This document shows positions 17,105-27,023 of a stretch of DNA of 64,000 nt, one piece after another. Within the stretch, counting starts at the first letter, position 1. Each line of letters begins with the position of its first letter. Origin of the DNA: Gammaproteobacteria bacterium. GTDB taxonomy: Bacteria; Pseudomonadota; Gammaproteobacteria; Eutrophobiales; Eutrophobiaceae. Below the pieces are notes generated by a model. It searched no databases. It saw only the letters and a program-made list of their open reading frames with translations, and had not been told where the DNA came from. The stretch is taken from positions 2,146,607-2,210,606 of the forward strand of contig OZ271833.1 in NCBI GenBank assembly GCA_965601665.1, given 5' to 3'. The position numbers were made by a program, and so were the translations under genes.

Positions 17105-18868
17105 ATGATCGAGAATGCCATGCTCGCACAGTCCAACAAGTCGCCTGAAGACGCGGCCCTGAAACAAAAATACCAGGAGCTCGTTACCGAATTTGATGCC
17201 CGTGAACAGGAGTGGAATCGGGACAAGCAAACGCTGTTAAAGTCTGTGCTAAGCCTTACCTTTGTTTATCAAGGCGAGAATGAAGAGCTTGATAAAAAAC
17301 TATTTGATCTAAAAGAAAACCTTAAGCAGTCCCGCGACAAATTGCCGCAAAAGGAAATAGATGCGGCAATCAATTCCGTGCTTGCCAATAAAAAATCGGG
17401 CGATAAAGACCGCTTACGAACGCGGCAGTTAATCGATAATGTCCTGTTACTACTTAAATCAGATCCACGGCTGGTGCAGTTTGCTGACAAAATAGACTCC
17501 CTCGTAGATCAATCACAGGACAATGACATTATTCCAGCATCACAACTAAAGCAGGTGAATGATGTCATAGCAGAAATCAGCCAACAGTTGGCAAGACAAA
17601 AACAAAAGCCCGACAACTATAAAGTATTCCTGAAAAAGCTGGCCAGTAATGACAACGCAGACGCCGAGCTGGCTGCTTTCTGCAAACGCTCGCTGAAGTT
17701 AAATGAAGACAGGGCAATAATGCAATCTATTCACGATTGCATCGATATTATTAAAGACTTACATCACAGCCAGACTGCTACCGAACAAACGAAACTGGTT
17801 GAGGCTGGCATCGCCCATGTTTTAACGCTACTGGACTGGATTACCATTCCTGGTAAATCACAGGAAAAACTGGAAACCCTCAAGGCCCGTCTCGAAGAAC
17901 AACATGAGAGTGACGAGATTGGCAACCTTCTGCGCAGACTTTCACTGACTATCAACAACGCTTTTATGGAACTGCAATCAGAGCTTGATGCGACAGAAGG
18001 CTTCCTGAAAAAAGTCACAAACCAGCTTAATGAAATCACTCTACAGATCGCCGATATCGAAAAACTCGAAAACGAAAGCTTCTCTCAAACAGAGACGCTG
18101 AACGAAGAACTGGATAAGCAAATCAGGTTAATTCAGTCCGGGGTAGATGAGGCCGACAGCATCGACAAGATCAAGGAAGCGATCAATAAGCGTATAGAGA
18201 TCCTGCAAGACAATATGGACAATTTCATAAAAGTCGAACAAACACGTAAACATGTTTCCAACCAGCAGCATCGCGAGCTGGTGGAAAAACTGGGCAACAT
18301 GGAAAAGGAGACCGAGGCGCTCAGGAAAAGTATTGAAGAGGAAAAAAACAAGGCGCTTAACGATGCACTGACGCGCATAGCCAACCGTATGGCTTTTGAT
18401 CAGCGTATCAATACCGAGTTTAAACGGTGGCAACGCTATCGTTCCAGGCTGACGCTGTGCCTGGTTGATATCGATAAATTCAAAGCGGTTAACGATACCT
18501 ATGGTCACAAGGCAGGCGATATCGTGTTACGTACTGTTGCTGAAAAATGCGCGTCGAGAATCCGTCCCAGCGATTTTTTCGCCCGCTATGGCGGCGAAGA
18601 GTTTGCCCTGATTCTGCCGGAAACGGGCATTGATGCGGCCTGCGGCGTGGCAGAGGAGCTGCGCGAAACAATTGCAAAGTGCGCTTTCCAATATAAACAG
18701 GAAGTAGTGCCAATAACCATTTCCTGTGGGCTGGCAGAGTTCAAGGGCAGAGATACAATTGATACGGCATTCCAGAGAGCTGACAAGGCATTATACAAGG
18801 CCAAGGATTCAGGCAGAAACTGTGTTGTTGCTGAGAACCAGCTTAGCCTGGTAAGGGAAGCTGGCTGA
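17105..18868 (+). CDS. Diguanylate cyclase (GGDEF) with a long N-terminal coiled-coil domain
   Basis: C-terminal GGDEF domain with RYGGEEFALILPET and a KAVNDTYGH I-site-like region. About 400 aa of predicted coiled coil precedes it, with no TM segment. Confidence 0.85.
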   Translation: MIENAMLAQSNKSPEDAALKQKYQELVTEFDAREQEWNRDKQTLLKSVLSLTFVYQGENEELDKKLFDLKENLKQSRDKLPQKEIDAAINSVLANKKSGDKDRLRTRQLIDNVLLLLKSDPRLVQFADKIDSLVDQSQDNDIIPASQLKQVNDVIAEISQQLARQKQKPDNYKVFLKKLASNDNADAELAAFCKRSLKLNEDRAIMQSIHDCIDIIKDLHHSQTATEQTKLVEAGIAHVLTLLDWITIPGKSQEKLETLKARLEEQHESDEIGNLLRRLSLTINNAFMELQSELDATEGFLKKVTNQLNEITLQIADIEKLENESFSQTETLNEELDKQIRLIQSGVDEADSIDKIKEAINKRIEILQDNMDNFIKVEQTRKHVSNQQHRELVEKLGNMEKETEALRKSIEEEKNKALNDALTRIANRMAFDQRINTEFKRWQRYRSRLTLCLVDIDKFKAVNDTYGHKAGDIVLRTVAEKCASRIRPSDFFARYGGEEFALILPETGIDAACGVAEELRETIAKCAFQYKQEVVPITISCGLAEFKGRDTIDTAFQRADKALYKAKDSGRNCVVAENQLSLVREAG

Positions 18869-18878
18869 ACAACGGGCA

Positions 18879-18905
18879 ATAAAAAAGGAGCCTTGCGGCT
18901 CCTTT
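18879..18905 (-). terminator. Rho-independent terminator for pqqA-like gene (also weakly for the GGDEF gene)
   Basis: GGAGCC-ttgc-GGCTCC stem, with T6 on the minus strand (A6 on plus at 18881-18886) and TTT on plus. Confidence 0.7.
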
Positions 18906-18931
18906 CAGATAACTACTTTGCGAGAAGGAAG

Positions 18932-19006
18932 TTATTTGTTGTTGATGTACATGGTAACTTCAAAACCAAAACGAATGTCATTGTATTCAGGTGTTTCCCA
19001 TTTCAT
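18932..19006 (-). CDS. pqqA: PqqA-like peptide (coenzyme PQQ precursor-like), 24 aa, not in the supplied ORF track
   Basis: Translation is MKWETPEYNDIRFGFEVTMYINNK, compared with PqqA sequences recalled from memory (approximately [23 protein letters not shown] and [24 protein letters not shown]). The Glu-X3-Tyr pair (EVTMY) is conserved. GGAGGA lies 7 nt upstream of the ATG. Confidence 0.7.
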   Translation of the reverse strand: MKWETPEYNDIRFGFEVTMYINNK

Positions 19007-19051
19007 TGTCGTATCCTCCGGTTGGTTAACTAATGTGGTTATCAATATAAA

Positions 19052-19067
19052 TGCAGTCAGCGTGCCA
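19052..19067 (-). promoter_or_regulatory. Sigma-54 (RpoN) -24/-12 promoter TGGCACG-N4-CTGCA upstream of pqqA-like gene
   Basis: Minus-strand reading is tTGGCACGctgaCTGCAt. GG and GC are separated by exactly 10 nt, with 11 of 12 matches to TGGCACG-N4-TTGCW. Confidence 0.55.
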
Positions 19068-19144
19068 ATTCTGCCAGCAACGGATATACATTATATTTAT
19101 CAATAAGTTACGAATTATTATGTGATAGCAGGGCCTGCGTTATG

Positions 19145-19202
19145 AACCAGAATTGGTTAATCGCAACCAGATCCATTGGTTGTTCGCAACCAGTTCAACC
19201 AG
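19145..19202. promoter_or_regulatory. Array of AACCA/TGGTT dyads, a possible enhancer (UAS) for the sigma-54 promoter and/or terminator structure after the photolyase gene
   Basis: Sequence reads AACCAgaatTGGTTaatcgcAACCAgatccatTGGTTgttcgcAACCAgttcAACCAG. Located 80-135 bp upstream of the -24/-12 element. Confidence 0.4.
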
Positions 19203-20646
19203 ATTTTCGCCGATTATTGAATGCTTCGAAGGCAGCGAGTGCGCGCGTGCGACCGGCGGCGTGATCGATGACAGGACGCGGATAGTCCTCGCCAAGTGTG
19301 ATCCCGGCTGCTGCCAGTGTATTGGCATCTGCTTCCCAGGGCGTATGGATATGTGCTTTACCGAGTTGCTGTAATTCAGGCAGCCAGCGCCTGACATATT
19401 CACCATCGGGATCAAACTTCTTACCTTGTAAAATAGGGTTAAACACCCTGAAGTAAGGCGCGGCATCTGCGCCCGAACCTGCAACCCACTGCCAGCCTGC
19501 CGAATTATTGGCCTGATCCGCATCGACCAGTGTGTCCCAGAACCATCTCTCGCCATGATGCCAGTGGATCAGTAGATGCTTGACCAGGAACGAACCAACA
19601 ATCATGCGCACGCGGTTGTGCATCCAGCCGGTATGCCACAATTGTCGCATACCCGCATCAACGATCGGATAGCCGGTGCGCCCTAGTTGCCAGTCACGAA
19701 GTGACTGCTCATCCTCTTGCCAGGGAAAGTCTGCAAACTCCGGACGAAATGGCTGTTCGGGTAATTCCGGCCAGTGAAATAACAAGTGGTTGGAAAACTC
19801 ACGCCAACCCAGTTCGCGCAGGTAACTCGTGGCCTGTGTTTGCAAGGCACTGTTGTCAGCTGCAAACTGTTTTACCTCAAACCAGATACGCAGCGGCGAT
19901 ATTTCACCATGATGCAGGTGCGGTGACAGGCAGGAGGTCCCGTTAATGGCTGGCAGGTCGCGGTCACTGTCATAACTTTGCAAACCGTCCTTCAAAAAAC
20001 GCTGGAGTTGCTTATGCGCACCCGCTTCACCAGGCTGCCAAAGCGCTTTCAAACCGCCAGACCAGTCTGGCCTCGTCGGCAATAGCCGCCAGTCTTCCAG
20101 CTTGTCTGACGCAATTCGCGGCTTGTAAAAATCAATCTCTGTGGCCGCGCTCGATTTGCCTGGCGCCGGCTCTGGCATCGACAGGCAGGCTTTCCAGAAC
20201 GGGGTAAAGACCTTGTACGGCAAACCCTGTCCATTTTGTATCTGCTCTGGTTCGAACAGCAGGTAGCTTCCATACCGTTTGATCTCGTATTGCTCGTGCC
20301 AGTTATCGTGTATGGCCTGTTCAACCTGTCTCTGGCGCGGCTCATAGCCGCGACTCAGAACAATACGATCAATCCGGGTATCCTGCAGTATTGATTTCAG
20401 CACGTCGATACAATCGCCCTGGCGAAGATACAATTTACCCCCTGCAGCGCTGATATCATTAGCCAAGGCAGACAGACTGTGGTGTAGCCACCAGTGCGAC
20501 GCGCCGCCCGGCTTCGAGTGTGTGTTATCTTCATCCAGCACATAAAGGGGCAGGACAGGGCCTTTTGCTTTTGTCGCTGCCACCCATGCCGGGTTGTCTC
20601 GCAGGCGCAGATCATTCCGAAAAAGATACAGCGTAGTATTGGCCAT
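19195..20646 (-). CDS. phrB: Deoxyribodipyrimidine photolyase (class I CPD photolyase/cryptochrome family)
   Basis: Start trimmed to MANTTLYLFRNDLRLRDNPAW. C-terminal FAD-binding motifs WQWVAGSGADAAPYFRVFNP. Confidence 0.85.
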   Translation of the reverse strand: MANTTLYLFRNDLRLRDNPAWVAATKAKGPVLPLYVLDEDNTHSKPGGASHWWLHHSLSALANDISAAGGKLYLRQGDCIDVLKSILQDTRIDRIVLSRGYEPRQRQVEQAIHDNWHEQYEIKRYGSYLLFEPEQIQNGQGLPYKVFTPFWKACLSMPEPAPGKSSAATEIDFYKPRIASDKLEDWRLLPTRPDWSGGLKALWQPGEAGAHKQLQRFLKDGLQSYDSDRDLPAINGTSCLSPHLHHGEISPLRIWFEVKQFAADNSALQTQATSYLRELGWREFSNHLLFHWPELPEQPFRPEFADFPWQEDEQSLRDWQLGRTGYPIVDAGMRQLWHTGWMHNRVRMIVGSFLVKHLLIHWHHGERWFWDTLVDADQANNSAGWQWVAGSGADAAPYFRVFNPILQGKKFDPDGEYVRRWLPELQQLGKAHIHTPWEADANTLAAAGITLGEDYPRPVIDHAAGRTRALAAFEAFNNRRKSG

Positions 20647-20816
20647 TGGTCTCAAAGTTTTTTCTGCTGGACGCGTAGCATACTGCAGCCGAAGCAAATT
20701 ACTAATTTGTGTGCAATTAGCGAGCTATTGACCAGAACAGCGCCAACTGCAGCATGACGGCGCGAAATATGCTAAATTCGCCTGTTTTTTCAGGGCATAG
20801 CGGGAATTAACCAGGA

Positions 20817-21992
20817 ATGGCGGTATCTATCAAACGAAGTTTGGCAAGCGGACATCGCATCGGCATTGTCGGTGGTGGACAGCTTGCCAAGATGACATCA
20901 CTCCCCGCCATGGAGCTCGGCTGCGAGGTCGTTATCCTTGAAAAAAGTGAGGGGACGCCATCACAAAGTCTGGCTGCAGAAGTACTGTATGGTGACTGGG
21001 ACAAACCCGGCACGTTACTGGAGCTGGCAGACAAGGTCGATATAGTAACGCTCGAAAATGAATTCGTTGATGCCAACGCACTGGCGCACCTTGAGCAGGC
21101 AGGACATCGCCTGTACCCATCATCGAAAACGATTGGCCTGGTCCAGGATAAACTGATTCAAAAACAGACCCTGGAAGCAGCCAGTATACCCGTAGCCCCA
21201 TTTATCGCTGTAACTTCCAAGGAAGACATCATTACTGCCGGTGAAAAACTTGGCTGGCCGATGGTTTTGAAGGCCAGGCGCAATGGTTATGACGGCAAGG
21301 GCAATGCAACCGTGGAACAAGCGGGCGACATTGACGATGCCTGGAACAGGCTTAACGGAGATGAACGCGAGCTTTATGTCGAGGCTTTCTGTCCTTTCAA
21401 GGGCGAACTGGCCGTCATGGTAACCAGAAGCGTGGATGGTGAAATGGTGAACTATCCCGTAGTTGAATCTGTGCAGCGTGATCATATTTGCCACGTCGTC
21501 AGGGCGCCGGCGCGCATTGCACCAGAGCTGGCGCAACGCGCTGTCGACATGGCGTGCAAGGCGGTAACCACGATAGATGGAGTGGGGACGATAGGTGTGG
21601 AAATGTTCCTGACCGAAGACAACCAGATTATCCTCAATGAAATGGCACCCCGGGTTCACAATTCAGGGCATTACACGATTGAGGCCTGTGAATGTTCGCA
21701 ATTTGAAAACCATGTACGTGCGATTCTCGGCCTGCCGCTGGGATCCTGCGCAATGATTGCCCCCGCAGCCATCATGATCAACCTGCTGGGCGAGGAAGAA
21801 GGCAGTGGCTATCCGGCAGGCATTGACCAGGCGTTAACCGTTGCCGGCGCACATATTCATGTCTACGGTAAGGCGGCCACCAGAATAGGCCGCAAGATGG
21901 GGCATATCACGGCGCTGGGACAAACAATGGCAGAAGCCGAACAGAAAGCGGAAACTGCCGCAAACTTCATTCGCTTTGGAGCGGAACAATGA
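20817..21992 (+). CDS. purK: N5-carboxyaminoimidazole ribonucleotide synthase
   Basis: ATP-grasp protein with [12 protein letters not shown] at the N-terminus. Followed by purE and overlapping it by 4 nt. Confidence 0.85.
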   Translation: MAVSIKRSLASGHRIGIVGGGQLAKMTSLPAMELGCEVVILEKSEGTPSQSLAAEVLYGDWDKPGTLLELADKVDIVTLENEFVDANALAHLEQAGHRLYPSSKTIGLVQDKLIQKQTLEAASIPVAPFIAVTSKEDIITAGEKLGWPMVLKARRNGYDGKGNATVEQAGDIDDAWNRLNGDERELYVEAFCPFKGELAVMVTRSVDGEMVNYPVVESVQRDHICHVVRAPARIAPELAQRAVDMACKAVTTIDGVGTIGVEMFLTEDNQIILNEMAPRVHNSGHYTIEACECSQFENHVRAILGLPLGSCAMIAPAAIMINLLGEEEGSGYPAGIDQALTVAGAHIHVYGKAATRIGRKMGHITALGQTMAEAEQKAETAANFIRFGAEQ

Positions 21993-22510
21993 AAAATAGC
22001 AAGACAGCACAAATAGGTATCATCATGGGTAGTGACTCGGACTGGCCAACGCTGGAGCCGGCGCTGGATGTTTGCGAGGCGTTTTCTGTGGGCTGTGAAG
22101 TGCATGTCGTTTCGGCACACAGGACGCCTGATGACATGGCACGCTATGCGCGCAACGCGGAGAAAAAAGGGATTCGCGTGATCATTGCCGCCGCCGGGGG
22201 CGCTGCACACCTGCCCGGTATGGTTGCCAGCCACACCACGCTGCCCGTAATTGGCGTACCGGTGCTGTCATCTGCTTTAAAAGGTATGGATTCTTTACTG
22301 TCTATTGTGCAAATGCCGAACGGTGTGCCTGTCGCAACCGTTGCCATTGGCGCAGGCAAGAATGCAGGCCTGCTCGCTATTCAGATCCTGGCTACCAGCA
22401 ACAAGACATTACAAACAAAACTGGCAACATATAAAAAAGAACTCAGCGCTATCTCCCGTGCGAAAGACAAGAAACTGAATAAACAGATCGCGAAGCGGGC
22501 CAGCACCTAG
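21989..22510 (+). CDS. purE: N5-carboxyaminoimidazole ribonucleotide mutase
   Basis: [13 protein letters not shown]...[14 protein letters not shown] are class I PurE motifs. Confidence 0.9.
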   Translation: MKNSKTAQIGIIMGSDSDWPTLEPALDVCEAFSVGCEVHVVSAHRTPDDMARYARNAEKKGIRVIIAAAGGAAHLPGMVASHTTLPVIGVPVLSSALKGMDSLLSIVQMPNGVPVATVAIGAGKNAGLLAIQILATSNKTLQTKLATYKKELSAISRAKDKKLNKQIAKRAST

Positions 22511-22519
22511 AAAAGATCA

Positions 22520-23245
22520 TTATTCCGAAAAAACGACCGCGCACCAGTTGCGGTAAATCTGTTCGGCTGTCGACGTTAATTCCGGCAGGATTCTGCGAAC
22601 ATCCTTATCCAGCGTCGCCACCGCGTTCTCCCCGAGACTGGCCTCCAGTGCCTGTCGATATGCCGGTATCTCACTCCACTCCGAGACAGTGCTAGCCAGT
22701 ATTTCCTGGTGATACTGCATCGACAGAATCTGCTTGCCACGAGCCAGCGATTGTATGCTACAGGTTTCAGAACCAGCCAGCACCGCAAACCCGTCGGGCG
22801 CCTGTTTGACCTCTGCAGAATGCCACTGCAATGTGGTCAGCGTATCGCCCAGTCCCGAAAGAAAGTGAGAGCGACTGCCCGCTTCGGTTTTAGTGACGGT
22901 CATAACACCTACTTCAGGCGTTCCCATACCGACTTCTGCATCGTAAGCCGCAGCCAGTAGCTGGTGCCCAAGGCAAATACCGAGATAAGGCTTTGCCAGT
23001 GTTTCAGTGGCCAGACGAATCGCGTTTTTTTCGTCCCGCAACCAGGGATATTCATCCTCTTGCCAAACGTCCATTGGGCCACCCATAACCCATAGTGCAT
23101 CAAACTGTTCCAGGTCAGGTATGGCATCGCCGGCATCCAGCTCCACCGTATGTAAATGCCAACCATCCTGTTTAACAAAATCCCGGAATATGCCCGGGTG
23201 TTCAATCGGCAGATGTTGAAACACCAATATATTTTTTTTCGTCAT
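22520..23245 (-). CDS. Class I glutamine amidotransferase (GMP synthase-like GATase domain protein)
   Basis: LGICLGHQLL carries the catalytic Cys motif, and the His/Glu pair is near the C-terminus. Confidence 0.7.
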   Translation of the reverse strand: MTKKNILVFQHLPIEHPGIFRDFVKQDGWHLHTVELDAGDAIPDLEQFDALWVMGGPMDVWQEDEYPWLRDEKNAIRLATETLAKPYLGICLGHQLLAAAYDAEVGMGTPEVGVMTVTKTEAGSRSHFLSGLGDTLTTLQWHSAEVKQAPDGFAVLAGSETCSIQSLARGKQILSMQYHQEILASTVSEWSEIPAYRQALEASLGENAVATLDKDVRRILPELTSTAEQIYRNWCAVVFSE

Positions 23246-24063
23246 CAGGCTTCCTTAAGCAAAATGCCCAGTGCAGCGCGGATATCCGTATATGTCGGTT
23301 GCCAGCCGGTACGCGCCACGGTCAGCCCGTTATCGCAACAGCGCCCGGGCTTGACTGCGGCGCCAGCCTCGAAGCCGGGCGCTGGACTGCAAGATAACTC
23401 GGCCAGTAGTCCGTAATAGTCACTGCGCTTTAGCGGTGTACCATCACTACCAAGCTCATGGCTTGCCGCATGAGGTAGCCCGGCTATCCGTATTAACAAC
23501 GCGGCGGCATCATCAATATGGATCAGGTTTAACCAGCCATCAGCATCACCGCTAATGGGCTGACCGGATCTTACCGCTTGCAGGCCAATGATACGCCCCG
23601 GGCCATACAGTCCGGCAAGACGTACCACGCATGCGTGCTCAGCGTCGCTTAACCATGCCTGTTCAACTGCATATTGTCGCTGCGCACGTTCACTATCAAT
23701 CATTACGTTGCTATCTGCGTCAACCATGCGTTCTTCCTGGCCGTACACGACAGTTGACGACGCCAGGATCCGGCGTCTGACAGGCAATTTATCAAGCTGC
23801 AACAAAAACTCTGGTAACACATCGATATTGATCCGACCGGGAGGAATCAGTAGATGAACAACGAGGGCATCGCAGCAAGATAATGAAGCCAGGTTGTCCC
23901 AGCTTGCCGGATCATTGATATCCAGTGCCAGCCCAATGCCTCCGGCATGAGCGGTGTTGGATGCAGAACGATTCGTGTACCAGAAGTTGCCGTCAGCAAG
24001 CTGGTCACCAAGTCGCTGACCGAGATAACCATTACCAATGATAAGGTGTTTTATTTTTTCCAT
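23245..24063 (-). CDS. NAD(P)-binding Rossmann-fold oxidoreductase (atypical SDR/epimerase-like)
   Basis: N-terminal IIGNGYLG glycine-rich motif. Overlaps the start of the GATase gene, suggesting a two-gene operon. Confidence 0.55.
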   Translation of the reverse strand: MEKIKHLIIGNGYLGQRLGDQLADGNFWYTNRSASNTAHAGGIGLALDINDPASWDNLASLSCCDALVVHLLIPPGRINIDVLPEFLLQLDKLPVRRRILASSTVVYGQEERMVDADSNVMIDSERAQRQYAVEQAWLSDAEHACVVRLAGLYGPGRIIGLQAVRSGQPISGDADGWLNLIHIDDAAALLIRIAGLPHAASHELGSDGTPLKRSDYYGLLAELSCSPAPGFEAGAAVKPGRCCDNGLTVARTGWQPTYTDIRAALGILLKEA

Positions 24064-24216
24064 AACCCCTTGATATCAGCAAATATCTATTTAGAAACGT
24101 CACGCCGGGCGAGAGTAAAACGACAACCCAAACACAAAGTTGGCATAAACCATGTATGTTAAATCAACATGGATTATTAATTCAAAAGTACTTACCGATA
24201 ATGACAGGGAGGTTGT

Positions 24217-25068
24217 GTGGTGGCCCCGGGAACGACAGATTATTTAATTGAAGCCGATCAGTTATTAACACTGCCCGAGGTCTATCTCAGGGTCAAGGAT
24301 GCACTGGAGGATCCGGATACAGGGCTTGATCAGGTTGCAGAGTTGCTCAGCCATGATGCCGCGATGACTGCTCGCATCCTGAAAGTAGCCAACAGCTCGA
24401 TCTATGGTCATGTCGCCAGTATCAATAATCTGACGCGCGCTATCACAGTGCTTGGTACACGTACAACCCACGATATCGTGTTGGCAACGTCGCTCGCCCA
24501 CACGTTCAAGGGCATGCAAAAAGTCAATTACGATATTACCTGCTTCTGGCAGGAATCATTAATGCGTGCGGCAGTGGCACGCACCACTGCAGAAGTATTA
24601 ACCATCAGGGACAGTGCCCGGCATTTTATCTGCGGGTTACTATCTGATATCGGACACATGATCATGTCTATTCGTGAACCGCAGTTGATGCAGAGGGTAA
24701 TGCAACAACAAGCGAAAACCGGCCACCCGCTACACTTGTATGAGCGTTCAACCTTTGGCTTTGACTTTGGTGAACTAGGCGCCGATCTACTGGAAAGCTG
24801 GTCTCTGCCGGAAACCATTTTCATGCCGATACGCTACCAGAATTGTCCTGAAATGAGTCCTGAACTGTGTACAGAGGCGGCAATTTTGTATTGCGCATCG
24901 CGACTACATCCTGACGAGGACCTGTTTCCATCGATTATCGACCTCAGGACACTGGAGCTGTGCGGCATCACACGGCTGGACTATGACGCCATCCGGACAG
25001 GCGCCAGTCATTTATACAACGAGGCCGTGGCACTGTTTCCATTACAGCAATATAAACAGGCCGTCTAA
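24217..25068 (+). CDS. HDOD domain signalling protein
   Basis: The N-terminal region, including VANSSIYG and ITVLGTRTTHDIVLATSL, looks HDOD-like. Uses a GTG start. Confidence 0.7.
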   Translation: MVAPGTTDYLIEADQLLTLPEVYLRVKDALEDPDTGLDQVAELLSHDAAMTARILKVANSSIYGHVASINNLTRAITVLGTRTTHDIVLATSLAHTFKGMQKVNYDITCFWQESLMRAAVARTTAEVLTIRDSARHFICGLLSDIGHMIMSIREPQLMQRVMQQQAKTGHPLHLYERSTFGFDFGELGADLLESWSLPETIFMPIRYQNCPEMSPELCTEAAILYCASRLHPDEDLFPSIIDLRTLELCGITRLDYDAIRTGASHLYNEAVALFPLQQYKQAV

Positions 25069-25173
25069 CTACTGACCAGATCTCCAGCCACAGACACTAT
25101 TTCCTGCATTCGGCACAATTGAGTATAATTTGCCAATAAGATACGTATAAAACTACCAACAGAGAGTAGAACA

Positions 25174-25710
25174 ATGAGTCAGGAACAGGATCGAATATTT
25201 TTTCGCAATTTTTCACTGGTCGTCGGCGGCATTGCCGTCATGATGGTCATATTCTTTCTCGCGGCCAAGGTAGTCAGCCCCGATGCCTACGCTGATGCTG
25301 ATGCGGCTGACGAAAAAGTCGCCGAGATTACCAGGCCAGTTGGAAAGGTCGTTGTTGCCGGTGAAGAGGCGGCTGTCGAGGAAACGGCGATTGCTGAAGC
25401 CGCTGTAGCCGAAGCTGAAACTATGGTTGCTGCGGCAGACACGGGCGGCGGCAAGAGTGGTGAAGAAGTCTATAACGGCTTGTGTAAAAACTGCCACGGC
25501 ATGGCGGCAATGGCGGCGATGATGCCGCAGCTTGGTGACAAGGCGGCCTGGGAACCGCGCATAGCCAAGGGCATTGACAGCTTGTATAACAATGCCATTA
25601 ACGGCTATGCCGGAGAAATGGGCGTTATGCCGGCAAGAGGTGGCAACCCTGCATTATCTGACGACGAAGTTAAGGCTGCCGTTGATTATATCGTCGAAGC
25701 TTCTCAGTAG
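25174..25710 (+). CDS. Membrane-anchored cytochrome c5 family monohaem cytochrome
   Basis: N-terminal TM anchor, Ala/Glu-rich linker, single CKNCHG motif, and a C-terminal ALSDDEVKAAVDYI typical of the c5 family. Confidence 0.8.
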   Translation: MSQEQDRIFFRNFSLVVGGIAVMMVIFFLAAKVVSPDAYADADAADEKVAEITRPVGKVVVAGEEAAVEETAIAEAAVAEAETMVAAADTGGGKSGEEVYNGLCKNCHGMAAMAAMMPQLGDKAAWEPRIAKGIDSLYNNAINGYAGEMGVMPARGGNPALSDDEVKAAVDYIVEASQ

Positions 25711-25723
25711 ACTTTTTGAGATA

Positions 25724-25757
25724 TTAAAAAAAAAAGGCCCTGCAGGGCCTTTTTTTA
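25724..25757. terminator. Bidirectional rho-independent terminator (A10-GGCCCTGCAGGGCC-T7)
   Basis: Perfect 6-bp stem around a GC loop with flanking A-run and T-run. Serves the convergent cytochrome c5 and TRAP substrate-binding protein genes. Confidence 0.8.
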
Positions 25758-26873
25758 TGGTGTTTGCAAGGACCTTGTGTAGGCCTGTTCTGACAGATCA
25801 TTCCAATTTTTATAACTGGTTCGAAATGCTTCATAGGCCTCGTAAACACGCTTGAAGTCGGGGTTGGCTGCCGCCTCTTCCCGCAGTGTCTGGCGCGTGG
25901 TTTGCCTGAACTCACTGATGACATCATCGGGGAAGCCGAGAATGTCGACCTTATTTTTCTTCTGTAATTCCTGCAACGCCACCTGGTTTCGGTATTCCAT
26001 TTGCGCATAAATCCATTCGCTGGTTGCCGCTGCTGTGACTTCCACTATCTTTTTCAAATCATCACCCAGCAGTGTCCACTTGTCCTTGTTTACCATCAGC
26101 TCAAAAACCGTGCCTGGCTCATGCCAGCCGGGGTAGTAGTAATAACTTGCAGCCCTGTCCAGACCAAGCCGCATGTCATGGAACGGTGCCACCCATTCAG
26201 TCGCATCAAGCATGCCGCGCTCAAGCGCAGTATAAATTTCTGCACCGGACATCAGGACCGGATTACCGCCCGCTTTCTTGAACACTTTGCCACCAAGTCC
26301 CGGGATGCGCATACGCAAACCCCTGATATCATCGATGGATTCAATCTTCTTGTTAAACCAGCCACCCATTTGTAAGCCGGTATTGCCCATTGGAAACGGC
26401 AGCACGTTAAAGGGCGCATAGATTTCCCGCCACAGTTCCAGCCCACCACCGTTGTACAGCCATGCATTCATGCCCTTGGCCGTCATACCAAAAGGCACCG
26501 TAGAAAAGAATTGCGCCGCCGGCACTACACCGGCCCAGTAATATGGCGAGCCATGCCCCATTTCAACGAGGCCCTGCGATACAGCATCGAAGACCTGTAA
26601 CGCGGGTACCAGTTCGCCTCCGGCATAAACCTGAATATCCAGTCGACCGTTACTCATCGTGCGCACATCATCGGCAAACTTGATCGCACCTTCCTGGAAG
26701 ACAGGAAAATTGGCCGGCCATGTCGTCACCATCTTCCATTTGAATACTTCGTTAGAAGCGACGGCAGCAACACCGGGCGCACCGACATCAATCAGCGGCT
26801 TGCCATCACAACCGGAAAGCAAGGCACTTATCAATAAACTCGCTAATAATGAAACATGTTTTAATCTGCTCAT
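25755..26873 (-). CDS. TRAP-type transporter periplasmic substrate-binding protein (DctP family), orphan
   Basis: Lipoprotein-like signal (LLSGC) and a DctP-family fold by sequence. No DctQ or DctM is adjacent. Confidence 0.7.
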   Translation of the reverse strand: MSRLKHVSLLASLLISALLSGCDGKPLIDVGAPGVAAVASNEVFKWKMVTTWPANFPVFQEGAIKFADDVRTMSNGRLDIQVYAGGELVPALQVFDAVSQGLVEMGHGSPYYWAGVVPAAQFFSTVPFGMTAKGMNAWLYNGGGLELWREIYAPFNVLPFPMGNTGLQMGGWFNKKIESIDDIRGLRMRIPGLGGKVFKKAGGNPVLMSGAEIYTALERGMLDATEWVAPFHDMRLGLDRAASYYYYPGWHEPGTVFELMVNKDKWTLLGDDLKKIVEVTAAATSEWIYAQMEYRNQVALQELQKKNKVDILGFPDDVISEFRQTTRQTLREEAAANPDFKRVYEAYEAFRTSYKNWNDLSEQAYTRSLQTP

Positions 26874-27023
26874 CGCTAAAACTCTGAATATTTAATGTTC
26901 AATCTGGAATGAGTAATTTTTCAACATATAAGGCGCGAGGTCTTTGAGAAGCGGAATTGACTAGCGCGTCAATGAGCATCGAAAAAGGCCGAGCAACAAA
27001 GTAATCGGAAAAAATAAACATGC

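Noticed and set aside
18918-19106. Listed 62-aa plus-strand ORF
   Set aside because: Antisense to the PqqA-like peptide gene and its sigma-54 promoter. It has no RBS or homology.
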